Source of the DNA: Candidatus Aenigmatarchaeota archaeon
GTDB lineage: Archaea > Aenigmatarchaeota > Aenigmatarchaeia > Aenigmatarchaeales > Aenigmatarchaeaceae
Length of the DNA stretch: 64,000 nt
Assembly: GCA_043802485.1 (NCBI GenBank)
Contig: JAZDKZ010000001.1
Span: forward strand, 32,001-96,000
Direction: 5' to 3'
Shown piece after piece: positions 18,193 to 28,039 of this stretch (the first letter of the stretch is position 1; each line of letters begins with the position of its first letter). A program made the translations under genes and the position numbers. The notes under the pieces were generated by a model. It was not told where the DNA came from and did no database searches. It worked only from the letters and a program-made list of their open reading frames with translations.

Positions 18193-19442
18193 CTCTTTAT
18201 GCTGGACAGCTTCTTGGATGCCTTCTTGTCCACACTTTTCAGCTCGCTGTCGCACCTTTTCATCCTTCTTCCTATGACAGAAACACCCAAAGTGGATACC
18301 ACAACGCTGGAGATTATCACCACAATTATCGTGTCTGATAACAGCGAGGCCCCTATTATGTTGGAGGACCTTATGATCTCTGCAAGAACAGCTGCTGCCA
18401 GACCCCTTCCAAGAACAATGCTCATAACCATCTTGTTGCTTCCTAGAATCTTGTCCTTGAATGAAATCAGGGTGACAGACATATACCTGCCCACAAAAAG
18501 TATCAGGGTTATCACAATTCCGTATATGACCGGCTGATAGCTGTTGACAGCGAATATCAGGCCTATGAAGACGAAGAAGAACGTCCTTATGAAGAAGGAC
18601 ATCTGAGAGTGGAACTTTTTCATGACCTTGCTTGCCTCTATCCTCTCCTTTATGCCTATCACCCTCAGTATCCTTATGCCGTTGCCAAGGACAAGCCCGA
18701 AGGTCAGGGCGAATATGGCACCGTTGCCTCCAAGCATCTCTGTTATCGAATACAGCAGAAGCACTATAGCCAAGGTCAGTATGTCATCGTATATCTCCTT
18801 CTTTATCAGCTTTAGCACCTTCAGCCAGAGAATGCCTGCCGCCAGGCCGATGACTATAGCTATGGAGAAAGCTGCGGCTATCCTGTTGCCTGCCTCATAC
18901 ACGCCACTGGACAAGGGGCTGATGAGCAGTTGCAGAATGGTCAGGCCGAAAACGATGACCAGAGCATCTGTAAAGGCCGACTCTAGACTGAGAACCGTGG
19001 AAACCTTTTCACTTATCTTGAGCCTGCTTATCAGCGGTATCACAACAGAAGAGCTTATGCCTCCCAGCACAGCTCCAAGCAGCAGGCCGTTGAGAAAGTC
19101 CCACCTTAGCACAAAGTAGGTGAAAGACGCTATGAATATAACTGAAACGAAGAAGCTTGTCAGCGTGAGGGCGGTTGCTTTCGGACTGTCCTTTAGCACT
19201 TTTTTTATGTCCAGGTTCAGGCCGGCATCAAAAAGTATTATCAGCAATGCCAGGGCGGAGAACAGCTCTGAAATGGGCATCAGGACGTCCGGGTCAATCA
19301 CTCCGAAGAGCGGTCCTAGGACAATACCCAAAGCCACCAGAATCAGGATGTCTGGTATACTTGTCTTTTTAAATAGATAATTTCCTATAAAACCTAAGAT
19401 AAGGATTAACGATGCTAGGGCAAACGTTAAAACAACAGACAT
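18189..19442 (-). CDS. cation:proton antiporter (CPA1/NhaP-like)
   Basis: IILFDAGL, LSLESAFTD, RGLAAAVLA; about 12-13 TM. Confidence 0.9.
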   Translation of the reverse strand: MSVVLTFALASLILILGFIGNYLFKKTSIPDILILVALGIVLGPLFGVIDPDVLMPISELFSALALLIILFDAGLNLDIKKVLKDSPKATALTLTSFFVSVIFIASFTYFVLRWDFLNGLLLGAVLGGISSSVVIPLISRLKISEKVSTVLSLESAFTDALVIVFGLTILQLLISPLSSGVYEAGNRIAAAFSIAIVIGLAAGILWLKVLKLIKKEIYDDILTLAIVLLLYSITEMLGGNGAIFALTFGLVLGNGIRILRVIGIKERIEASKVMKKFHSQMSFFIRTFFFVFIGLIFAVNSYQPVIYGIVITLILFVGRYMSVTLISFKDKILGSNKMVMSIVLGRGLAAAVLAEIIRSSNIIGASLLSDTIIVVIISSVVVSTLGVSVIGRRMKRCDSELKSVDKKASKKLSSIKS

Positions 19443-19528
19443 AAATAAAATATCAAGTGATTAACTTATAAATCTTGATTTTATAAAGATTTATAAACAT
19501 TGATTTTTATAATGAAAAAAGTGATGAT

Positions 19529-20137
19529 ATGGGTTCAAAGAGGTTAAAAGAAGCAGGCAAGCAAAAAAAGCCAGAGGAAGAAAAGAAGGCAGAAACTCCT
19601 AAACCTAAAAAGGCCAAGAAAAAGATAGAGGGCATGAGGGAAATAGTCAGAGTTTCTGAGGTCAACCTTGACGGAAACAAGAAGCTGGGAAACGCATTGC
19701 TGGGAATCAGCGGGGTTGGCAAGACGCTGGCGAACAAGATAGCTATTGCAGGCGGCTTTGACCCCAACAGACCGCTCGGGTTTCTGAAGGAGGAAGACGT
19801 AAAGAAGCTGGAAGACGCGATAAACAACCCTTCAAAGTACGGAATACCGACATTCATGCTTAACAGAAGGTCAGAACTCCTGACAGGGGAGGCTCATCAT
19901 CTTGTCAGCTCCAAGCTGAGATTCGCAGTAAAGTCTGACATCGATGCGATGAGGAAGATGAGAAGCTACAAGGGCATCAGGCATGAGACAGGCCTGCCTG
20001 TAAGGGGGCAGAGGACAAGGACAAGCTTCAGAGGAGGAAGGGCTGTCGGTGTCGCAAAGAAGAAGGAGCAGAGGAGCGCTGCAAGAAAGGACGCTGCTGC
20101 GGCACCTGTGGAAAAGTCAGCAAAAGGTAAAAAGTGA
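19529..20137 (+). CDS. rps13: 30S ribosomal protein uS13
   Basis: ISGVG, RSYKGIRH.GLPVRGQRTRT. Confidence 0.97.
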   Translation: MGSKRLKEAGKQKKPEEEKKAETPKPKKAKKKIEGMREIVRVSEVNLDGNKKLGNALLGISGVGKTLANKIAIAGGFDPNRPLGFLKEEDVKKLEDAINNPSKYGIPTFMLNRRSELLTGEAHHLVSSKLRFAVKSDIDAMRKMRSYKGIRHETGLPVRGQRTRTSFRGGRAVGVAKKKEQRSAARKDAAAAPVEKSAKGKK

Positions 20138-20295
20138 TTGAATGGCAATAAAACCTATATGTGATAAATGCGGTGACGAATTGAAAGAATTTGGGGGAAT
20201 ATTATTATCTCCGCCAGACGATGACATGGTAAAAAAATGGCATTTATGCAAGTCATGCTGTGAGAGTATAATTGATGATTTAGAGTGATTGAATG
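20133..20295 (+). repeat. perfect 12-bp direct repeat AGTGATTGAATG (20133-20144 and 20284-20295) flanking an inserted ORF
   Basis: read directly from the sequence; each copy contains stop, SD-like GTGA and start. Confidence 0.85.
20142..20288 (+). CDS. small zinc-finger protein, 48 aa (not in ORF track)
   Basis: MAIKPICDKCGDELKEFGGILLSPPDDDMVKKWHLCKSCCESIIDDLE; fills the rps13-rps4 gap. Confidence 0.8.
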   Translation: MAIKPICDKCGDELKEFGGILLSPPDDDMVKKWHLCKSCCESIIDDLE

Positions 20296-20772
20296 AGAAA
20301 ACAAAATAAAAAATACGACATGCCGCTAAAGCCTTGGGACAAGACAAGGATTGAAGACGAGAGAAAGCTTGCCCAGGAATACGGACTCAGGAGAAAAAAA
20401 GAGATATGGAAGACAGAATCGGTCCTGAGAAACTACAGGAGACTGGCCAGGGGCTTGGCAGCAAGGTCGAACAAGGATAATGAAAAGATACTTTTAGACA
20501 AGCTCTTCAAGATAGGCCTTATCGGCAAGGATGCTGATCTGGACGATGTTCTGGCATTAACAATAGAGAAACTGCTAAACAGGAGGCTGCAGACACTTGT
20601 CTTCAAGAGAGGCATATGCCCGACAGTGAAGCAGGCAAGGCAGATGATTGTCCATGGCCACATAGCGGTCGACGGCAGAAAGGCGAGATGGCCTAGCACG
20701 ATTGTAACGATAGCAGAAGAGGACAAGATTTCTATTTACGAACTAAGCAAAATGAAGGGTGGAAAACAATGA
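20293..20772 (+). CDS. rps4: 30S ribosomal protein uS4
   Basis: [27 protein letters not shown]. Confidence 0.97.
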   Translation: MRKQNKKYDMPLKPWDKTRIEDERKLAQEYGLRRKKEIWKTESVLRNYRRLARGLAARSNKDNEKILLDKLFKIGLIGKDADLDDVLALTIEKLLNRRLQTLVFKRGICPTVKQARQMIVHGHIAVDGRKARWPSTIVTIAEEDKISIYELSKMKGGKQ

Positions 20773-21170
20773 GAGGGCCTAGCCAGAATTTGAGATGGGG
20801 AATAGCGCACATATTCAGCTCTTCGAATAACACCATCATCAAGATAACTGATATCACTGGTGCGGAGTCGATAGCAACGATATCCGCAGGAATGATGTCC
20901 GACAAGGACAGGGAAGGGGGTTCTCCCTATCCGGCTTTGTTGGCTGCATCAAAGGCCGCAGAGATTGCCATGGAAAAGGGCATAACCGCCGTTCATGTAA
21001 GGATCAGAGCCCCTGGCGGGATAAAGTCAAAGAATCCTGGGGCAGGAGCGCAGCCAGCGATAAGGGCCTTGGCCAGAGCCGGTCTAAGAATAGGCAGGAT
21101 AGAGGACACGACCCCTATCGGTCATGGTTTTATGAAGTCAAAGGGCGGAAGAAGAGGAAGAAGAATCTGA
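20769..21170 (+). CDS. rps11: 30S ribosomal protein uS11
   Basis: [33 protein letters not shown]. Confidence 0.97.
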   Translation: MRGPSQNLRWGIAHIFSSSNNTIIKITDITGAESIATISAGMMSDKDREGGSPYPALLAASKAAEIAMEKGITAVHVRIRAPGGIKSKNPGAGAQPAIRALARAGLRIGRIEDTTPIGHGFMKSKGGRRGRRI

Positions 21171-21218
21171 GGGAAATCTTAATAAACAACCATTACAATT
21201 GATTACTAAAGTGATGAC

Positions 21219-21998
21219 TTGAAAATAAAAATCTTGAAAAAAACAGACAGGGAAATGGAATTCTTATTGGAAGAGACCAACCCCCAGTTCGCCAACGCCC
21301 TGAGAAGGATAATGATATCTGAGATACCTGTGCTGGCAATCCAGACAGTCGACTTTTCAACCAATGACTCTGTTCTATACAACGAGATGCTTGCCCACAG
21401 GATGGGTCTGATACCCATCATGTTCAAGTACAAGGACTTTCATTTCAAGGACAAGCATGAGGAAGGCAAGACATGCTCTGAATGCGAAGTGGCTTTTGCC
21501 ATAAACAAAAAAGGACCATGTATGATCTACACGAAAGACATGAAGTCCAGCAATCCTGACGTAAAGCCACTCTTTGATGACATACCGGTAGTCGAGCTGT
21601 TCAAAGGTCAGAACCTGAAGTTTGAGGCATACGCTTCTTTGGGAGTGGGCAAGGACCATGCAAGGCACCAGGGAGCCATAGCAGCCTACAAGTACTTTCC
21701 GACTGTAAAGGTCAGCGGCCTGAAGAATGCTGATGAATGCGTCAAGGTCTGCCCGAAGCATGCCTTGAAGACAGACGGCAAGAAGGCGTCCGTTGAAACG
21801 ACATGCGACCTTTGCGGCGAGTGCGTCAAGACGGCTGATCCAAAGGGAAGCCTTGAGATAACAGGCGACCCGACAAGCTTCATATTTTCTATCGAGTCTG
21901 TCTCGGGGCTTGATGTAAAGGACTTGGTGATGCAGGCGGTCGACATCCTCAAGAAGAAGGTCAAGGACTTTGAGAAAGAAGCCAAGAAGATAAAGTAA
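21219..21998 (+). CDS. rpoD: RNA polymerase subunit Rpo3 (D) with ferredoxin-like domain
   Basis: ANALRR, LAHRMGLIP, CVKVCP...CDLCGEC; TTG start. Confidence 0.96.
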   Translation: MKIKILKKTDREMEFLLEETNPQFANALRRIMISEIPVLAIQTVDFSTNDSVLYNEMLAHRMGLIPIMFKYKDFHFKDKHEEGKTCSECEVAFAINKKGPCMIYTKDMKSSNPDVKPLFDDIPVVELFKGQNLKFEAYASLGVGKDHARHQGAIAAYKYFPTVKVSGLKNADECVKVCPKHALKTDGKKASVETTCDLCGECVKTADPKGSLEITGDPTSFIFSIESVSGLDVKDLVMQAVDILKKKVKDFEKEAKKIK

Positions 21999-22031
21999 AG
22001 CTTAAATTCTTTTCTTACTATATTTATTTTT

Positions 22032-22500
22032 ATGTCGACTATAATGTTCAAAAGCGATGAAATAAGTCTGACAAAGAACAAAGAGGTTTATAGAATAAAG
22101 GTAGCTGATAGTGCTAAATATCGTGGTATTGAGCTTCCTATAAGTTTCGATGGAAAAGAGTTGTCACAATTCTCAGAAGAAGTTAAAAAACTTTACGATA
22201 ATATAAAAGTTGGTACATGGTTTGGTGTTTTGGAAGTTGAAGCTAAGAAAGGTGTTTTTTCCCTTTCAAAAGAAAGCAAAATATGGGTTGTTATCCAAAA
22301 ATGGTAAATTAACTATAAGGTCTGAACGCTCGATAACAAATAGAGCTAAACCATATGATTTATGTTTTATTGATAAAACCCTAAGAGAAACTATATTAGG
22401 TAAGAAGTTAAAGGAATACTGGATAGTCAATGATGAGATTTCTGTTGATGAAGCGCAAAAAAGGTTAGAAAAAATAACACTATCTCCAAACGTGTTTTGA
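22032..22500 (+). pseudogene. hypothetical AT-rich gene, probably frameshifted at an A5 run near 22297-22301
   Basis: two overlapping ORFs that join if one A is removed from CAAAAATGG. Confidence 0.45.
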
Positions 22501-22541
22501 AATAGTAAATTTATAAGCTTCTTAACATATTTTTTAATCAC

Positions 22542-22673
22542 GCGGAGGTAGCCAAGTCTGGTCAAAGGCGCAGGACTTAAGATAACTTAAGTTTTGATGC
22601 AAGTTCGTCTTGCGGTGATAAGAAATCCTGTCTCTTAGTGGGTTCGTCGGTTCAAATCCGGCCCTCCGCACCA
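22542..22673 (+). tRNA. tRNA-Leu(TAA) with 43-nt intron (22582-22624), CCA encoded
   Basis: GCGGAGG/CCTCCGC acceptor, CAGGA/TCCTG stem, BHB core CTTA/TAAG, conserved position before rpl18e. Confidence 0.93.
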
Positions 22674-22680
22674 TTTTTTT
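22674..22680 (+). terminator. oligo-T archaeal terminator after tRNA-Leu
   Basis: T7 run immediately after CCA. Confidence 0.55.
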
Positions 22681-22721
22681 CCAAATAATAAGAATTTAAG
22701 TTTTAACCTACAACTATATTC

Positions 22722-22982
22722 ATGCCAGAAGAGGTATTAAAAATCAAGTTCAGAGGAAAGGCCGCAGAAGACTTGGAAGAACTCAGAAAAGCTAGAGGAT
22801 TTTACTCAAACACCCAGGTTGTTGGCGCAGCTCTCAAAACATACAATGCTCTTCTAGAATATGCAGAAAAGGACCCATGCGGCACAAACCTTCTTACAGT
22901 AAAGGTTGTCAAGCCACAGACCTTATTGGACAAGATAATGTCTAGGGAGTATACAGTGGAGTTACCACTTAATTTGAGATAA
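22722..22982 (+). CDS. hypothetical protein, possible ribbon-helix-helix domain
   Basis: beta-strand, helix, helix pattern (LKIKF...LEELRK...SNTQVVGAAL). Confidence 0.55.
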   Translation: MPEEVLKIKFRGKAAEDLEELRKARGFYSNTQVVGAALKTYNALLEYAEKDPCGTNLLTVKVVKPQTLLDKIMSREYTVELPLNLR

Positions 22983-23077
22983 AGAAAAAAACGTTTTGCT
23001 AATTTCTGTCATCGGAAATACTATTAGAATTAAAAAGAAAGAAAGCTTTAAAAGTTTGAGAAATAAAACTGATTAAC

Positions 23078-23443
23078 ATGTCTAAACCAACAGGGCCTAC
23101 AAACCCTTTGATGAAGAAGCTGATAGAGGACATCCGCAGCCAGGGCTACAATGAGAAGATACCCTTCCTGCTTGAGATGGCCAAGAGACTTGAAAAGTCA
23201 AAGAGGAAGAAGCCAGAGGTTAATCTGTCCCAGCTTAACAGGGTCTGCAAGGAAAATGAGACTGTTGTTGTTCCGGGCAAGGTGCTTTCCTCAGGGGTTC
23301 TGAAAAAGACCCTGTTCGTTGCCGCGGCAAGCTTCTCGATGACAGCTGTCGAGAAGATAAACGAGGCAGGCGGAAAAACTTTATCAATAAAGGAACTGAT
23401 AAAGAATAATCCGAAAGGAAAGGATGTCAGGATAGTGGTTTGA
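23078..23443 (+). CDS. rpl18e: 50S ribosomal protein eL18
   Basis: TNP, VNLSQL, VVPGKVL. Confidence 0.96.
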   Translation: MSKPTGPTNPLMKKLIEDIRSQGYNEKIPFLLEMAKRLEKSKRKKPEVNLSQLNRVCKENETVVVPGKVLSSGVLKKTLFVAAASFSMTAVEKINEAGGKTLSIKELIKNNPKGKDVRIVV

Positions 23444-23718
23444 TGAATAATTCAATGTTATTAAGAACTGCTTTACAACTTACAAATGCTAAAATAGAAA
23501 TTGTTAGTGCTTCAACACACGAAAGAAGTGCCGATTTTCGTGTTTATACTAAAACAAAAATACCACAGAGCGTAATAACGGAAATACGGATGAAAGAAGG
23601 AATTTATCTGGATACTCATCCCATAAAAGCGAGCAGATATCCAGATTGTTTTAAATATTCGGGCGTTTCTGTGACTAGATATAGCCCGCTAGGCAATTGT
23701 GAGGTATTAGGTGATTAA
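23443..23718 (+). CDS. hypothetical AT-rich protein inserted between rpl18e and rpl13
   Basis: TGATG overlap with rpl18e; stop abuts the rpl13 ATG. Confidence 0.65.
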   Translation: MNNSMLLRTALQLTNAKIEIVSASTHERSADFRVYTKTKIPQSVITEIRMKEGIYLDTHPIKASRYPDCFKYSGVSVTRYSPLGNCEVLGD

Positions 23719-24123
23719 ATGATAATCGATGCTACAAACGCAATACTGGGCAGGCTCTCGTCAAAGATTGCCAAAGAAGTCTTAAAGGGCCAGCCAGTGA
23801 CTGTGATAAACACCGAGAAGATCGTGGTTTCAGGCAATCCCAAGGCTGTTATAGCCAGGTTTGTCGAGAAGAGAAGCAGGACGGATCCGCACAAGGGACC
23901 CTTCTTTCCAAGATACCCGGACAGGATACTGAAGAGGACTGTCAGGGGCATGCTGCCGTACAAGACCGACAGGGGAATGAAGGCCTTTCGAATGTTAAAG
24001 GTCCATATCGGCAACCCCAACAACCTCAAGGGAGAGCCGCTGGGAAAGACTGCTGATGATTTAAGGTTCAAATACATAACATTGGAAGACGTATGCAAAA
24101 AACTGGGTGCTAAAATTGACTAA
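23719..24123 (+). CDS. rpl13: 50S ribosomal protein uL13
   Basis: IIDA..ILGRL, RTVRGMLP. Confidence 0.97.
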   Translation: MIIDATNAILGRLSSKIAKEVLKGQPVTVINTEKIVVSGNPKAVIARFVEKRSRTDPHKGPFFPRYPDRILKRTVRGMLPYKTDRGMKAFRMLKVHIGNPNNLKGEPLGKTADDLRFKYITLEDVCKKLGAKID

Positions 24124-24526
24124 GAAAAAAGGACTGCTTCAGGAAACAGGCAAGAGAAAGAGGTCTGTAGCCAGGGCCTTTGCCAAAAAGGGAAGCGGCA
24201 AGATTTTGATAAACAAAAAACCTTTGGATATAGTCACACCAGAAATGGTAAGACTTATGATAAAGGAGCCTCTGATCATAGGAGGCGCTGCTGCCAACAA
24301 TCTTGACATAACGGTTAACGTAAGCGGCGGTGGCGTTTTCGGCCAGGCATCCGCTGCAAGGCAGGCGATAGCAAAGCTCCTTGTTGATCATGACAAAAAC
24401 CTGAAGGAAAAGTTTTTAAATTACGATAGGTCATTATTGATAGCTGACTCCAGGAGAACCGAGCCGCACAAGCCTTCACGAAGCAGCGCCGGACCCAGGA
24501 GACACAAGCAGAGATCGAAGAGATGA
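24116..24526 (+). CDS. rps9: 30S ribosomal protein uS9
   Basis: GKRKRSVARA, GGGVFGQA, YDRSLL.D.RR.E; TTG start inferred. Confidence 0.96.
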   Translation: MTKKKGLLQETGKRKRSVARAFAKKGSGKILINKKPLDIVTPEMVRLMIKEPLIIGGAAANNLDITVNVSGGGVFGQASAARQAIAKLLVDHDKNLKEKFLNYDRSLLIADSRRTEPHKPSRSSAGPRRHKQRSKR

Positions 24527-24530
24527 AAAA

Positions 24531-24725
24531 ATGATTATACCTGTTCGTTGCATGAGCTGTGGAAAACCCGTTGCCCAGCTATGGGAAACCTTCCAGAAGA
24601 GGGTTGGTCTGGGCGAGGATACGAAAAAAGTCCTGGACGAACTCGGCCTGAAAAGGTACTGCTGCAGGTCGTTGTTCTTGACGCATGTTGACACCTACAA
24701 GCAGATAGCAAAGTACAAGAGATAA
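24531..24725 (+). CDS. rpoN: RNA polymerase subunit Rpo10 (N)
   Basis: MIIPVRCMSCG...RYCCR. Confidence 0.97.
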   Translation: MIIPVRCMSCGKPVAQLWETFQKRVGLGEDTKKVLDELGLKRYCCRSLFLTHVDTYKQIAKYKR

Positions 24726-25474
24726 TGATGATTGAGACCTGGGTTTACAGCCTGATGAGCGTTTTTCTAATAAGCCTTATTTCCTTTGTCGGTGTTGCGA
24801 CCGTTCTTTTCAAGCAGAGAGGTCTGAACAGGATAGTTCTCTATCTGGTAAGCTTTTCCGTTGGCGGCCTTCTCGGCGACTCGTTCATACACATACTGCC
24901 GGAGGCTATCGAATTGAACACCAGCCTGACTTTGGGTTCTTACATACTTTTAGGTATTATGACATCGTTTGCAATAGAAAAGTTCATTCACTGGAGGCAC
25001 TGTCACGTGCCGACTTCAAAGAGGCATCCACATCCGTTTGCCCTGATGAATCTGATAGGCGACGGCGTCCACAACTTTATCGACGGCATGATAATAGGTG
25101 CAAGCTATCTGACATCCTTCAATGTGGGCGTTGCCACCACATTAGCAGTGATGCTGCACGAGATACCCCAGGAGTTCGGGGACTTTGGCGTGCTTTTGCA
25201 TGGCGGCTTCAAGAGAAGGAAGGCTTTGTTCATGAACTTTGCCACAGCCCTTATGGCTGTTGTGGGCACCTTTACCTCGCTTCTGCTGTTTTCGGTTGTC
25301 GACGGCTTGACAGCTTTCCTGCTGCCCTTCACGATAGGCAGCTTCATTTACATCGCTTCCTCTGATTTGATTCCAGAACTACACAAGGAAACAGACCCAA
25401 AGAAATCTTTGATAGAGTTGTTGATGATTATTGCAGGTATTTCTTTCATGCTGCTGATACTGCTTATCGAGTGA
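24725..25474 (+). CDS. ZIP family metal (zinc) transporter
   Basis: HNFIDG, HEIPQEFGDF, His-rich loop. Confidence 0.93.
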   Translation: MMIETWVYSLMSVFLISLISFVGVATVLFKQRGLNRIVLYLVSFSVGGLLGDSFIHILPEAIELNTSLTLGSYILLGIMTSFAIEKFIHWRHCHVPTSKRHPHPFALMNLIGDGVHNFIDGMIIGASYLTSFNVGVATTLAVMLHEIPQEFGDFGVLLHGGFKRRKALFMNFATALMAVVGTFTSLLLFSVVDGLTAFLLPFTIGSFIYIASSDLIPELHKETDPKKSLIELLMIIAGISFMLLILLIE

Positions 25475-25507
25475 ATAACATTTAAAGCTTATTTTCTAAA
25501 TATTCCC

Positions 25508-25963
25508 ATGAAATTAGATGTCATGAAGCCTAATATCGTGGTAAGGAACACAAAAACAGGAGAAATAGGCGTTCTATATACAGGCTTCCCATATCCTGAA
25601 GGAGGAATAAAAGCGTCGGAATGTGATGGATTCTGCATAGTGTATCAAGGTGATGATAATAATCTTAATTTGACAATGTCATTTGATACTGTTAAATTTA
25701 CAGATGTTGAAGAATACAAGTTAAGACCGGAGGATTTGCTGACCCCAAAACACAGAAAGGAAGTTTGTAAGAAGGGTCAGGACGGAGCGTGTAGATATCT
25801 GATTAACCATGAGGATTACGGCCACGTATGTGCCAAAGTCTTAGGAAATCCTGATACGACTAGACAAATAGACTTTAAAACCTTTGTCAATAAAGATCCA
25901 CACTACAAAGCGAGAGGAAACAATTGTGGTGGAAGATATAACAAGAGGGCTTTAAACATCTAG
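25508..25963 (+). CDS. hypothetical protein with Cys-rich C-terminus
   Basis: 151-aa ORF with its own TATA box. Confidence 0.65.
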   Translation: MKLDVMKPNIVVRNTKTGEIGVLYTGFPYPEGGIKASECDGFCIVYQGDDNNLNLTMSFDTVKFTDVEEYKLRPEDLLTPKHRKEVCKKGQDGACRYLINHEDYGHVCAKVLGNPDTTRQIDFKTFVNKDPHYKARGNNCGGRYNKRALNI

Positions 25964-25984
25964 GTTCAGAATATTATAACAGTT

Positions 25985-26206
25985 ATGAAAATAAACGTTT
26001 TCGTCAAACCGAACTCGAAATATTCTCAGGTAGAGAAAATTTCCGACTATGACTACAAAGTGAGGGTCGACGCCCCTGCCACAGATGGCGACGCGAACGC
26101 ACGCCTGATAGAGATACTGGCAGAGCATTTTGAGGTTGCAAAGACATCTGTTTCTATTGTAAAGGGTTTTAAGAGCAAGAGAAAGATTGTCAGCATAAGC
26201 ATGTGA
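25985..26206 (+). CDS. DUF167/YggU family protein
   Basis: VKPNS...APATDGDAN...GFKSKRK. Confidence 0.9.
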   Translation: MKINVFVKPNSKYSQVEKISDYDYKVRVDAPATDGDANARLIEILAEHFEVAKTSVSIVKGFKSKRKIVSISM

Positions 26207-26262
26207 TATGAAAGGTCCTTTGGATATCTATTAATAATATTGAGAACATAAAGGAAAATTGA

Positions 26263-26336
26263 GGGCCCGTAGTATAACTTGGTCAGTATTTACGCTTGGG
26301 GTGCGTAAGATCGGAGTTCAAATCTCCGCGGGCCCA
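26263..26336 (+). tRNA. tRNA-Pro(GGG)
   Basis: GGGCCCG/CGGGCCC acceptor, TACGC/GCGTA stem around TTGGGGT, GTTCAAATC T-loop. Confidence 0.92.
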
Positions 26337-26365
26337 CTTTTTTATTCTTAAAACTAATTATTCTT

Positions 26366-27088
26366 ATGAAGTTGATATCATTTTCTCTGGGCACACTACA
26401 TAAATGGATGGACTGTGTAAACAGGGCATCCCTGCTAAAGTTTGTAAAAAAGTTAGACATTCAAGGATTGGAGATTACTCTTGCAACATGGGAACAAGTC
26501 TACAATCTAAGTTTTTCCAAGGCTGATTTGAAATACATCAAAGGTCTGGAATATGTGTCAATCCATACACCCTTTAAAATAACAAGAAGGAGCACTGATA
26601 GAAACGAAATTAAAAACCTTCTCACAAGAATAGAAAAAATATACAATGAGACCAATTCAAAGGCAGTCGTCATTCACCCGGCGGACATTCCAGAACCTAG
26701 AATTTTGGAGAAATACAGCTTCAAAATTATAACAGAAACAGTTCCACAATCTCACAAAGAATACAGAAATTTAAAACTTAAGAGTGTGTTCAAGAAATAT
26801 CCGAAAGTCGGCTTGTGTTTGGATGTTGCACATTCCTATAGGAATTCAAAAACAGAGACTGAATACGTTGTTAAAAATTTCAAGAAAATAATAAAGCAAA
26901 TACACCTTAGCGGCGTCTACAGAAACAGAGACCACATATCTTTGAACTCTGCTACAGAGGATTTTATGAAGTCGATAGAGCCAATAAAGTCTTTAGATGT
27001 TCCTATAATAATAGAAGAAGGATTTGAGAAAGGTAGCATAGAAAGTATAAGAAGGGAAATCAAGCTTGTTAGAAAATTATTTTTTTAA
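26366..27088 (+). CDS. sugar-phosphate isomerase/AP endonuclease 2 TIM-barrel protein
   Basis: SIHTP, VIHP, CLDVAH, IHLS, DH motifs. Confidence 0.75.
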   Translation: MKLISFSLGTLHKWMDCVNRASLLKFVKKLDIQGLEITLATWEQVYNLSFSKADLKYIKGLEYVSIHTPFKITRRSTDRNEIKNLLTRIEKIYNETNSKAVVIHPADIPEPRILEKYSFKIITETVPQSHKEYRNLKLKSVFKKYPKVGLCLDVAHSYRNSKTETEYVVKNFKKIIKQIHLSGVYRNRDHISLNSATEDFMKSIEPIKSLDVPIIIEEGFEKGSIESIRREIKLVRKLFF

Positions 27089-27997
27089 AAGAACGACCCT
27101 GCTTTCTTTTTTCTCGTCAGCAATCTTATAATCAGAGCAGTCTGCAATCTTCTGAGAGAATTCCTTTATCTCTTCATGTGTTGGCATCGCAGAATAAGGA
27201 AGCCTGTTTCTTGAGAAACCTACAGACATGAAAGCTTTGCACTCTACAAAGTTGGGCGAGGCTTTCTGGATAAGCTCCGCATATTTTTCAGGTTCGATCA
27301 TGTTCAGACCTTTGACCATAGTAAGTCTTATTGCCCTTCTTGTCTTGATTGAAGGCAACAGTTCCAAAGTTCTCTGGTATCTTTCCCAAGAGTTCTTTAT
27401 CATGGGTCTGTTGACCTTGTCCATCATCTCTTTGCTGAAGGAAGACATTGAAACGTAAAGCTGAGTTGGCAAGTTGTCTAATGATTCTATAGCCTCAGGA
27501 AAAGTGCCGTTGGTAACCACAAACGTTTTCATCTTTCTTTTTTCAAAAACTCCCAGCAAGTCGGACATTCTGCTGTAACATAATGGATCTCCGCTCAGGG
27601 ACAGCGCAACGTTGGAAGGTGTCTGCGCCTCCTTCAGATACTTTTCATCATGGGGCACACCGCCCAATCCAGTAAGCAAAACTCTTTGCGCATCTAAAAG
27701 ACCCTCTACCAATTCCTCTGGCTCGTCTTCATTAGGAATCTTCTGGCCTAGTGTAAGCTCGGTCGCCCTCCAGCAGAACTGACAGCCCAGCGAACACCAT
27801 GAAACAGCTGGCGTGCACTGTAGACAGCGATGTGACTTTATGCCAATGTCCTTGTAGAACTGCTCCTTGTAGCAGTGCTCCCTGCCGCTGGTCTTTATCG
27901 ACCTTCTTGTCCATAGACAGAGCTTGGCAGCCGAGTGGTTGCCCACTAGCTTGTACCTCTGCCTCTTCAGAACCTTTTGCACATTTTCCGGGAGCAT
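27077..27997 (-). CDS. taw1: 4-demethylwyosine synthase (radical SAM, Taw1/TYW1)
   Basis: HSAAKLCLWT, CYKEQFY, CSLGCQFCWR. Confidence 0.95.
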   Translation of the reverse strand: MLPENVQKVLKRQRYKLVGNHSAAKLCLWTRRSIKTSGREHCYKEQFYKDIGIKSHRCLQCTPAVSWCSLGCQFCWRATELTLGQKIPNEDEPEELVEGLLDAQRVLLTGLGGVPHDEKYLKEAQTPSNVALSLSGDPLCYSRMSDLLGVFEKRKMKTFVVTNGTFPEAIESLDNLPTQLYVSMSSFSKEMMDKVNRPMIKNSWERYQRTLELLPSIKTRRAIRLTMVKGLNMIEPEKYAELIQKASPNFVECKAFMSVGFSRNRLPYSAMPTHEEIKEFSQKIADCSDYKIADEKKESRVVLLKK

Positions 27998-28039
27998 TTA
28001 ATCACAAACTTTAATAAACGGTTTGACCAATAAATCCTT

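Noticed and set aside
26203..26262. Possible C/D sRNA upstream of tRNA-Pro
   Set aside because: The boxes are poor and the segment is explained by the tRNA's TATA promoter.
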